A stretch of DNA of 20,000 nt from Catajapyx aquilonaris (Eukaryota): NCBI GenBank assembly GCA_000934665.2, contig KZ538387.1:56377-76376 (forward strand), written 5' to 3'. Made by a program: the position numbers and the translations under genes. Below the pieces are notes generated by a model. The model did no database searches. It was given only the letters and a program-made list of their open reading frames with translations, and was not told where the DNA came from. Within the stretch, counting starts at the first letter, position 1. Every line of letters starts with the position of its first letter. This document shows positions 11,315 to 20,000 of this stretch, piece after piece.

Positions 11315-12038
11315 CTAACGTCCTGCTGACTTCGCCAACTCTGGAAGACTTTTGGCAAATTCAGCCAAAGATTTGGCGAATTGTGGCACACACTTCATTG
11401 CTTTAATAAACACGATGCAATCAGCACCAGCAATTGGTCCAACATCACCAGCTGTAACAATATGAGACATCATTTTTTGGGGAGAAATGTAAACCATTTG
11501 CGAATAACCTTACTGCTTTCAAGGCTGCAGGTCAAAAATTCTTGAAGTCCCGACATTATCTCGCCCAATTGGCACATTGTCTTCAATTTTTCGATAGAGT
11601 CGCCCATGGACAGCCCATCAAAACCTTCCTATAGATTGAAGTGCGTGATAGACCTTGATATCACACTCTTAACCATTTACCTTCTCTAGAGAGGGTAAAT
11701 GGTTAAGAGTGCACTCTTCAAATACAATGCACTTACGTCATTAAATAATCCAAGAAGGAAGCTCTTGAGGAAACACTGAAAGATCACAAATTATTAAATG
11801 CACTCGAATTAAGTACGGTATCGTACCTGAGGACTACTTGGAATATTCTCCTTCAAGGCAGCCATACCAATAGATGCGAGGTTTTGAGGCGATACAACTT
11901 TGCACTAGGATGAATTTTAGTGTAATTAAGTACAATGTGCTTAATTATAATGTGTCTTACCACAGACTCTTCCTGCTCATGGGTGTCACAAATGAGCCCA
12001 ACGGCAACCACAACCCAAATGTAAGTAACCACCTTCAT
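11315..12038 (-). CDS. Secreted six-Cys protein E (148 aa), possibly OBP-like; exons 12038-11961, 11904-11827, 11775-11737, 11628-11514, 11451-11315
   Basis: MKVVTYIWVVVAVGLICDTHEQEESV|CKVVSPQNLASIGMAALKENIPSSPQ|CFLKSFLLGLFND|EGFDGLSMGDSIEKLKTMCQLGEIMSGLQEFLTCSLES|TGDVGPIAGADCIVFIKAMKCVPQFAKSLAEFAKSLPELAKSAGR*. GT-AG introns, phases 0,0,0,1. TATAAAAG upstream; AATAAA at 11295-11290. Confidence 0.88.
11664..11711. mobile_element. 48-bp palindromic mini-element (CACT...AGTG) with a 2-bp CA target duplication, in intron 3 of gene E
   Basis: 18-bp perfect inverted repeats cactcttaaccatttacc / ggtaaatggttaagagtg, with CA on both sides. Removal restores a 58-bp intron. Confidence 0.8.
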
Positions 12039-12082
12039 GGCTCCAGTTGGAAACAGTGATTGCGACTGAGAATCACGCAACA

Positions 12083-12090
12083 CTTTTATA
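12083..12090 (-). promoter_or_regulatory. TATA box of gene E (TATAAAAG); equivalents at 14111-14116 (D), 16737-16744 (B) and 18245-18251 (A)
   Basis: A TATA motif lies 45-64 nt upstream of the ATG in four of the five paralogues. Confidence 0.6.
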
Positions 12091-12397
12091 ACACTTCGTA
12101 TACATGTGTATAATGCACAAAAATTTGCACAGTGAACAGTACATTTATCTTGCCCGTAAATAAAGCAAGACAGCAATTTTCTTCTAACTGACACATCCCC
12201 TGACGAAATTCAATCGTCATAATTTGCTGTCCATAACAATCACAATGCGATTTCCTGTTTTCTTTGCACCTGACATATAATGACTGAGTATGTGTAATGA
12301 CGACGTCACACGCTCTGAGTTTGCGCGTCAATGACTAGTTGTGTACCAACCATGATTCCGGCATCCACCTGAAAAGGTAGGCTACTGTACAAAAAGC

Positions 12398-12510
12398 TGC
12401 GGAACAGAAATTATTTATTATTGTTCAACATACAAATTATAAACAATAATCAACATATCCTTGAACTGGAGTAACATTGTACCTATTGGGCATTGTACCA
12501 ACAATCAAGA
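12398..12510 (-). pseudogene. Orphan copy of the gene C stop codon, 3' UTR and polyA signal
   Basis: Collinear with 14320-14429 (tgcggaacagaaat.atttattattgtt.aacatac.aattataaacaat ... cctattgggcattgt ... caacaatcaaga). No matching coding exons were found next to it. Confidence 0.75.
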
Positions 12511-12864
12511 CCAAGGTCAAAAGTCAGGGACCATAATTCGTCTTATTGTATACAGACAATGCGTCACAATCAAGGGTTACGTAAACTCTCAAATAATAAT
12601 AGCATTATTGTAAATGACAATAGTTGGGGTATCGCAAAAAAATTCTGTAGTGTAGTAAACCCATTTAATAGGCGCTATGTTAAGCAACATCGATCGCCAA
12701 TTATTCAAAAAGGTTAATGACACGCTCATGATCAGAGTCCAACAACCAGATGAATTTCCGTCAGGTACGACTTTTATTTCTTCCAGTCACAATATGTACA
12801 CATTATTTAGGACACTTTTGAAGTTTAGTCAGTGCACTTTAATGTTGACTTAAAAAAGACATAA

Positions 12865-14060
12865 TCAGCCCTCAAGCACACTAAGAGCCTTAGAAGGAAG
12901 AACCTTAGCATATTTCGTAAGTGCTTTAACGAATTTGGGCACGCACTTCACTGCCCTCCAAAATACAAAGCAGCTCGATTTTCCAAGAGACGTCCCTGCA
13001 GCTGTAACATTACAATACCATCAGTTTAGATATTCAAGCAACAATTGAGGTGTACCTACATGTGTTCAAGGCGCATTGCAGGAAATCTCCAAAGCCCGAG
13101 TCACCTTCTTGATCTGCGCACATACCTCTAAGTTTTTTTATTAAGCTCCCAAGTGTGTCTGACATTGTGAACTCGTATGTTGACTGAAAGTAATATACTC
13201 ACAAGGTTACTGGGTGATAATGACGGATCTTGATGAAACTTAACATGCTAATACAGGACAATATATGATAACCAAAAAAATAAATATTTCGGGCTGAGGG
13301 CCATATTTGCAAAAGTTATGATGTCTTAAAGTGCCAAAAATTTCATGTATTTTTTTGGCTCTTTAAGCCATCGTAACTTTTGCAAATATATACCTCAGCA
13401 CGAAATATTTCATTTTTCGTTATCATATATTGTCCTGTATTAGCACGTTAAGTTTCATCAAGATCCGTCGTTATCACTCGGGAACTTTTCCTTGTCAGTA
13501 TGTTGTTTATATTGCTACACTTACATTACAGATTAAATTGCTTCACTTACAGATTCAAATACTGCTACGAGGAACGTCCGGAAGAAACACTGCAAGAGTA
13601 TCGTCACATTAATGACTTAGTAACAATTGCTGTAACATTGTTTTCACTTAAATTAAATTTGATTTATTATGAATTCAAATTTTGATATATTTTTATGTGC
13701 CTTGCACCAAAGCATACTCCAATCACTCTCACGTTGAACATTCACACTTTGTTGTTATTAATAAGAAATTAGGATAAATACGTGTGGTTTCCAGGGCATA
13801 GTCTCCTTCATGGTACGCAAACCAATTTTCACGATGGCAGCGGGCGATAAAATTTTGCACTGAAATTAGGAATTGCAATTCATTGAGAGTGTATAAGTAT
13901 TATCATCGTAATAAACTACGTAAATAAACAAAGTAGCTGTTATTTATTTTACTAAGCCATGCTGTGACCTTACCACCGAATTTCCCCCAGCACACTGACT
14001 AGTACGGATTTGCCCTAAAATAAAGAACACACCCAGCGACAGGATACATGGTGTCTTCAT
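12865..14060 (-). CDS. Secreted six-Cys protein D (154 aa), possibly OBP-like; exons 14060-13974, 13859-13782, 13589-13551, 13183-13060, 13001-12865
   Basis: MKTPCILSLGVFFILGQIRTSQCAGGNSV|CKILSPAAIVKIGLRTMKETMPWKPH|CFFRTFLVAVFES|STYEFTMSDTLGSLIKKLRGMCADQEGDSGFGDFLQCALNT|SAGTSLGKSSCFVFWRAVKCVPKFVKALTKYAKVLPSKALSVLEG*. Same intron phases and 39-nt exon 3 as the paralogues. Absent from the ORF track. Confidence 0.88.
13198..13498. mobile_element. Near-fully palindromic MITE (301 bp) with probable TA target duplication, in intron 3 of gene D
   Basis: Arms of about 130 bp are near reverse complements (gacggatcttgatgaaacttaac.tgctaatacaggacaatatatgataac). Ends are TA|CTCACAAGG and CCTTGTCAG|TA. 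Removal restores a 64-bp intron. Confidence 0.9.
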
Positions 14061-14422
14061 GGTTCCAGTGTGGGGTACATACTGAAGTTGTGATACTACA
14101 TCGACCTATACTTATAAACTCGCCAATCTTAAGCATTTGCACCCCAATGCAACTTCTCACTGATAGCTTTTATATGTAGCGCTTGTGGTATACTAGTAAA
14201 ATTTATTGCATTGTGCTGCATAAAATGTGGGGTTTCTATCACTTGAGAAGAATATGACAAAGAGTAGGTCATGAACATTTTAAAAATGCATATGGAATTA
14301 ATAATTTTTCAGCGACAGGTGCGGAACAGAAATGATTTATTATTGTTGAACATACGAATTATAAACAATCGTCGTATGGAGTAACATTTGTGCCTATTGG
14401 GCATTGTGAAGTGTAGCAACAA

Positions 14423-15333
14423 TCAAGATCTGGACATCCGGACATCCATCTCAGGTGTAGTATCTTCTGTCTGTTTCATGGCTCGGAAAAAGACATTCTT
14501 GCACACTAAGACGTTCTTGAACATGGAGCAGTCGGGAGAAGTTAACGTTTCCGTTTGATCACCTGATGTAACAGTACATTGTAGTACTTCCCACAAAAGA
14601 AGACTATTACTTACTATTGTCCAAAATGCACGTCAAAAATTGCTGAATCTTTGATATTGACTCAACCATAGAACAGGCCATAAGAGCCTGTTCTATTAGA
14701 TCGCCAAACGGAATTCCTTCAACATCGTATCCTTCCTATAAAAGTGTCATTTGTAAAATTACAATATGCAAACGTGTACTACATTCATACAAAATCAAGC
14801 TTTACTTACGTCTTCAAAAAGTTCCTTGAAGAAACATTTCACTACGCACTGAAAATACATATTATTGATAATATTTTAAAACGTTAATTATACAAGATTG
14901 CAATGTGTATTTTTCAGTTAAAATACGGTACTGCTAGCTAACCTAGGAATATTTACAAAGACCCTAATTACACCATAAAATTAGTGAATATTGTCAACAT
15001 ACCGGGATGTTTGGAATCTTCTCCATGATGCACTTCTGAGCATGTTTGATGACGTTCCCAGCTTCTAACAATTTACACTTGAATGATATGAAAACACAGC
15101 TCTTCGGAGTATCATCCTCTCTAACTTAGCAACTAGGACTAGATTGTATGAACACAAATTAGGCGGATATTGCTTATGAATATCCACACATTACTGGAGA
15201 TATCCCCTAATTTGCTTCGTACAACAACTATAGGCCTAGGCTTCGCACCTACCGTGGTCTGGCCTTGACCTTCACGACACACTATGACGACGCCTATCAG
15301 CACACCCAGTAACAAGTTAACCGAAGCCATCAT
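14423..15333 (-). CDS. Secreted eight-Cys protein C (151 aa), possibly OBP-like; exons 15333-15253, 15077-15003, 14848-14810, 14735-14615, 14562-14423
   Basis: MMASVNLLLGVLIGVVIVCREGQGQTT|CKLLEAGNVIKHAQKCIMEKIPNIP|CVVKCFFKELFED|EGYDVEGIPFGDLIEQALMACSMVESISKIQQFLTCILDN|SDQTETLTSPDCSMFKNVLVCKNVFFRAMKQTEDTTPEMDVRMSRS*. The exon 2 acceptor (AAG) was assigned by homology to the CK start of the paralogues. Confidence 0.85.
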
Positions 15334-15784
15334 GGCTTCACAGAAATGTTCACATTCCACTCTGCAATACTACTCATCAGAGCTCTGTGTCTTAGCAGCC
15401 ATATACGCCCACAGAGGAAATCTATAGAAACAGGTGCGGAAGGCATGTTTTCAGTCAAACAAATGTGTGCGAGTGCACATATCAAGGACGACGTTGCGTG
15501 CAATGCGACCATCGGACATTGCGAAATATCCTCGACGGGTTACTACCATACCATCTAGGCTGAAAATTCACAGGCGGCTGTAAAACTAGCATAACATTGT
15601 ACTGCAGGTCAGGATTGACCTCTGGGATCACATGTCCCAAAATGAATCAAACCCGACTTCATATCTTCAAAGCATTTTATTATTATTTCATACATATCAC
15701 CTTCACAATTCGGACGTGCGATGGAAGTTCAACAGTGAAAATGTGGGAACTGATATTTGTTGTGAACAATATTAGAGCATTAAA

Positions 15785-16685
15785 CTATCCGCCAAACTGT
15801 TGAATCAAGTCGGGAAGTTGCTGCACAAATTCCATCGCATCCTTGCCTAACTGCATTGTGCAAGGCATAAATTGCTGACACGAATTGCAGCAACTTTTTT
15901 GACCTTTTTTGACTGTGAGGGGAAAAAGATGTCAGGATAATTACCCCCACTTAACAACCTAGCTTTTGATCAGGTGAAAGAACCAACTAAGAGACTTGCC
16001 TTTCTCTGTAAGGCATCCGATGAATGCCCCGAATCCTGACATTGCCTCTGCCACCATACATATGTCTCTCAACTGGCCCAATTGGTCAGGCAGGTCCATG
16101 TCCTCATCGATTCCATGCTACAGTGCAATCAGAATATTCGTCACAAGTCAGCTCACATTTTTTTCTATGCAGTTATGTACTTACAAGCTCAAATAGTTCT
16201 CCCAAGAAACAATCAAATGGGCACTGAAAAATTAGAATAAGACTATCATAATCATTATAATCATCAACATCTTCACTTGCGCATGTAAACGCATAAAAAA
16301 GTAATAATCTTTAACAGTACATATCCTTCACTCACCGCATATACTTTCTGTTTCTTCTTATTCTTCTTCCCCTTGTTCCCCTTATTCCCCTTATTCCCCT
16401 TATTCCCCTTATTCCCCTTATTCCCCTTATTTTTCTTCTTATCACAGCACTTGTCACAAAGACCACAAAGCTGGCTACATTCTGTTATCTTGCACTGAAA
16501 ATATGAACAATTAGAGGATTAATTATGTCACATAATTATGTCCATTGATTTTCAATTCATTTCATCTACATAGAAAGAATATGTTACAGTTTGAGAAAAC
16601 ATACCATTGTTTGAGCTTCTCCATCATCAGTGAGTAGTACGACTGCTATCAGCAACCCTAGTAATAGAATCAAAAATGGCTTCAT
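15785..16685 (-). CDS. Secreted Cys-rich protein B (174 aa) with an (NKG)7 insert; exons 16685-16605, 16494-16336, 16223-16185, 16117-16000, 15912-15785
   Basis: MKPFLILLLGLLIAVVLLTDDGEAQTM|CKITECSQLCGLCDKCCDKKK(NKG)7KKNKKKQKVYA|CPFDCFLGELFEL|HGIDEDMDLPDQLGQLRDICMVAEAMSGFGAFIGCLTEK|VKKGQKSCCNSCQQFMPCTMQLGKDAMEFVQQLPDLIQQFGG*. Intron 4 donor is AAG|GCAAGT. Confidence 0.9.
16369..16431 (-). repeat. Coding 9-bp tandem repeat x7 (AATAAGGGG, encoding NKG)
   Basis: Six ccccttatt units plus one ccccttgtt unit on the + strand, in frame within exon 2 of gene B. Confidence 0.95.
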
Positions 16686-17168
16686 GATTTTGGTCCAGAC
16701 AGGTGTACAGTACAACCCTGGAGCATCATCTACCTCATTTTATATCGACACTTGTTATGTCACATTGACGTAGTTTTCTTCATTGTTTCTCATCTCGAGT
16801 AATGTGCATGAGTATGGCGTGCACTGCTGCTCACATCCTTTTAATTCAACCAAAACGTGCACCAAATTTCGTGAAATTCTATGCTGAAAACCAGATCTAT
16901 AGAGAAATAGATTTGTAGCAATTCCGGAGCGGTTTCCTGTTTCTGAAACAACTGTTGAGATGACTTGTCGTTCTTATCAATATTTCACATGACATAATTT
17001 TATGATTTTCTGATGGAGCATGGTCAGAATGAAATCATCACCTTCATATCATCAAAGCATTTTAATATGATTCATACAAATCACCTTTAAAATTCGGACG
17101 TGTGGGCGAAGTTCAACAGTGTAAATGTGGGAACTGACATTTGTTGTGAACAATATTAGAGCATTAAA

Positions 17169-18187
17169 CTATTTGGTAAACTGTTGAATCAAGGTGGGAA
17201 GTTGCGTCGCAAATTCCACTGAAGTCGTGATCAAAGTTTGAAAGCAAGGTATAAATTTCTCAACCGAATTGCAGCAAGCTTTTTGACCAGCAGGAGGAAC
17301 TGTGAGAAAATAAAAAGATATCAATTAGGACTATTAGTATCACATAACAACCTTGTTTATGATTAGGTGAAAGCAGCTAAAAGACTTGCCTTTCTCTGCA
17401 AGACACTCGATGAAAGCCCCAAATCCTGACATTGCCTCTCCTATCGTACACATGTCTCTCAACTGGGACAATTGCTCAGGCAGGTCCATGTCCTCATCGA
17501 TTCCATGCTACAGTGCAATAAGAACATTTATCACAAGTGAGATCACATTATTTCCAACTCATCATGTGCATTTAACATATAGTGCACGTTTGATGTACTT
17601 ACCATCTTGAATAGGTCTCCCAAGAGACAATCTAATGGGCACTGAAAGAGTATAAATCAAATAAGCATTAAAGTAACACTTGTGGGTTGTCCGTAGTGGG
17701 GTGCATTCAGATAAGGCAGTGTGTGGGACCAAGCCCTATTTACTTTTTAATACTGCTCATTATAATGACTCTGACTCACAGCATATTCTCCTTCGTCGTC
17801 TTCGTCATCGTCTTCAGATTTCTTCTTGTTCTTCTTATTCTTTCCCTTCTTATTACCACCCTTCTTCTTCCCACCCTTACCATTCTTTTTCTTTTTACAA
17901 TCACAGCACTTCTTGCATAAATCACAAAGGTCTTGAGGGTTTATTATCTTGCACTGTAAAAATCGGAATAATGATGATAATAAATTATTTAACATATGCA
18001 TAATATCGTCATAGAAGTTCAATTGAAAATCACTATTAGTGATGATAATGTATGGAAAAAAGTTTAAGTTAACTGTTGTTTTGGAATATATACATAGGCC
18101 TACCGATGTATCTTGAGCTTCGCCATCATCAGTGAGTAGTACGACTGCGATCAGAAGACCTAGTAATAGAATAAAAAATGGCTTCAT
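17169..18187 (-). CDS. Secreted Cys-rich protein A (181 aa) with a Lys-rich then Asp/Glu-rich insert; exons 18187-18104, 17953-17780, 17641-17603, 17507-17390, 17299-17169
   Basis: MKPFFILLLGLLIAVVLLTDDGEAQDTS|CKIINPQDLCDLCKKCCDCKKKKNGKGGKKKGGNKKGKNKKNKKKSEDDDEDDEGEYA|CPLDCLLGDLFKM|HGIDEDMDLPEQLSQLRDMCTIGEAMSGFGAFIECLAEK|VPPAGQKACCNSVEKFIPCFQTLITTSVEFATQLPTLIQQFTK*. GC donor at intron 4. 3' UTR and promoter are homologous to those of gene B. Confidence 0.9.
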
Positions 18188-19591
18188 GATTTGTGTCGTA
18201 CACTGCCAGACCTTCTGTACTACCATAGACCATCAGCTAGCCACCTTTATATCAATAGTTGTTATATCATATTAGGGGGGTGGATTTCCTCATTGTCTTT
18301 CATCTCAGGTAATGACAGAACATGCCTTTGGCGTGCAGTGTTGTTCATATCCTTTTAATTCAAAACGAACAGGGCACCAAAGATTGTACATAGCATGAAA
18401 TTCCTTGCCAACTCTATAGAATAATAGATGTGCAGAAATTCCGTCGCAGTTTTCATGTTGCTGACATCAAAACAATGCCGAACAGTGATATTGTTGCTGT
18501 GAAGTTTCGTGCAACAGTTTTTTTCATTTGCAAGTTACAAAATGGAAAAAAAATGAAGAGCAACGTATAGCAACGGTAAACTTCCAAAAAAATTTAAAAA
18601 TATAACATTTATTTCCCCTATAATAATAGCCTTATTTTTTCGCCTCTGGAACGCTCCGGAAGGAGAACGGTCCCTGGTGAGTGCTGCCACCTTCTGATCA
18701 CGGCACTAAATCATCAGGCCTTGCCAAATTTTGGCTACGGGTGCGCTAGTTCTATAATATCTAGCTTTTTTTTGTTATTCAACTTGAGTTAGGAAATAAT
18801 GAACTTCACCATTAGGAGGACCTCAACTTTAAAACAGAATTTCTAAATAATTTTTCAGGGTAAAATTTCACTTTTCATACATTTCATTTTTGCAATTTCC
18901 AGGATGTGACCTTGAGTAGCTAGTGGCTTTATTACTGAAAGGTTCCCGTGTCAGTGACTTACCATGCTGCATGATCTTCCACACCCATCTCATTTCCATG
19001 AAAAAAATTTAAAGCTGACCTTCAAATCAGGAAAAAATGCACAGAAGAACAGCAGTTCCCATTTGCCACATACGAAATTGGTGTCATAAAACATGTCGCA
19101 AAACTAACTTTTTCGCAACCACATATTACATAATAATTATTTTATATATATTTTTTATATTGCCCCATTGGGAGAATGGGCGCTCCATTAGGGAGGTGGA
19201 ATACCATTTGATAGTATGCTAATATCGTCAAGTTATGATTCATGTAAGTTAGGCGTAAAATCATAATTTCCAATATGCATTCTATAGGCATGAAATATAA
19301 ATTATTAGCATTTACACACCAATATTTTTGCATATAAATGCACACAAATATTGATGATATACCACATCCTTTATGCAAATGATCACAAAAACCTTGACGT
19401 AGATTACTTTTAATCTCACAATTTATTTCCAATAATTTTTTTTTCCTCCTATATGCACTGACTCATATGGTGGCCTTGGAACAAGTGTATCTTTTTCCAC
19501 ACATGACCTCTGCTCAGTGTGCATCCACTGCATCAAGTGGAAGGCAGCATCTCTCTCAACCAGAGATATTTTTAAAAACTACATAACCCTC

Positions 19592-19861
19592 ATGATGCTC
19601 ACAGGAATTCTCGTGTGTATTTTAGCAGTGTTTATGGCGGTACAATTCTTCAAAAAGCGGAAATTCGACCCGAATTATCCACCTGGTAAGTACACAATTT
19701 CTTAATTAGAAAATGTGTTTAATTTTTATAATTATTGCAGGCCCAACAGGCATTCCCATACTTGGTTACTTGCCATTTCTAGGCTCGAATCCTTTTCGAG
19801 CTATGGGCGAACTTAGCCAAAAATATGGAGACTTATACAGCATGAGTTTTGGTCCATTAAG
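19592..19861 (+). CDS. Cytochrome P450 (CYP-5), 3'-partial; exons 19592-19685 and 19741-19861
   Basis: MMLTGILVCILAVFMAVQFFKKRKFDPNYPPG|PTGIPILGYLPFLGSNPFRAMGELSQKYGDLYSMSFGPL. Exon lengths 94 and 121 match CYP-2 and CYP-3. Confidence 0.92.
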
Positions 19862-19864
19862 GTA

Positions 19865-20000
19865 CACCATTTACCTTCTCTAGAGAGGGTAAGAAAGTGG
19901 CCATTTTTTACCTTACATTGTAGGGTAAATATTCTTGGGTAAATTGATTTCTAAGGTAAATTTTGCATGTATTACCTTAGAAAATAGATGGTAAAAAAGA
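19865..20000. mobile_element. Longer copy of the foldback mini-element family in CYP-5 intron 2 (runs off the window)
   Basis: ccatttaccttctctagagagggtaa is identical to the 11664 element. Further TTACC-N-GGTAA modules follow, then an inverted copy of the 10953-10986 sequence. Confidence 0.75.

Noticed and set aside
14668..14696. 11-bp perfect inverted repeat in exon 4 of gene C
   Set aside because: Not conserved in the paralogues and compatible with chance.
15996..18003. Plus-strand ORFs at 15996, 16024, 17386, 17680 and 17687
   Set aside because: They are antisense shadows of genes A and B and their low-complexity tracts.
17747..18226. Single-exon 159-aa ORF
   Set aside because: It reads through a 150-bp in-frame intron (18103-17954) of gene A. 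The paralogues support the spliced model.
18723..18760. Possible Helitron end (gccaa-att-ttggc ... CTAGT) followed by TCTATAATAT
   Set aside because: The hairpin is AT-rich, and no matching 5' end or second copy could be established.
1..20000. Prokaryotic systems (CRISPR arrays, operons) or a specific CYP family name
   Set aside because: The sequence is spliceosomal-intron eukaryotic DNA with no repeat-spacer arrays. A CYP family number cannot be assigned without a database search.

Overview
AT-rich eukaryotic DNA with compact introns (mostly 55-70 bp), probably from an invertebrate and plausibly an arthropod; the taxon cannot be fixed from sequence alone. The + strand carries a tandem array of five microsomal cytochrome P450 genes of CYP2-clan type, built on an 11-exon plan. 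CYP-1 is 5'-partial, CYP-2 and CYP-3 are complete (498 aa each), CYP-4 is complete apart from a mutated splice acceptor, and CYP-5 is 3'-partial. Between CYP-4 and CYP-5, on the - strand, manual splicing reveals five paralogous 5-exon genes that the ORF track shows only in fragments. They encode small (148-181 aa) secreted, probably alpha-helical proteins with six invariant cysteines, whose spacing (C-x8-C in all five, C-x3-C in three) resembles odorant-binding-protein-like carriers. Two of them carry polybasic low-complexity insertions. Introns and spacers hold three short Helitron-type elements, two long-TIR MITEs, a CACT-ended foldback mini-element family, and relics of deleted paralogues. 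All exon coordinates were derived by hand from GT/GC-AG sites and paralogue comparison.
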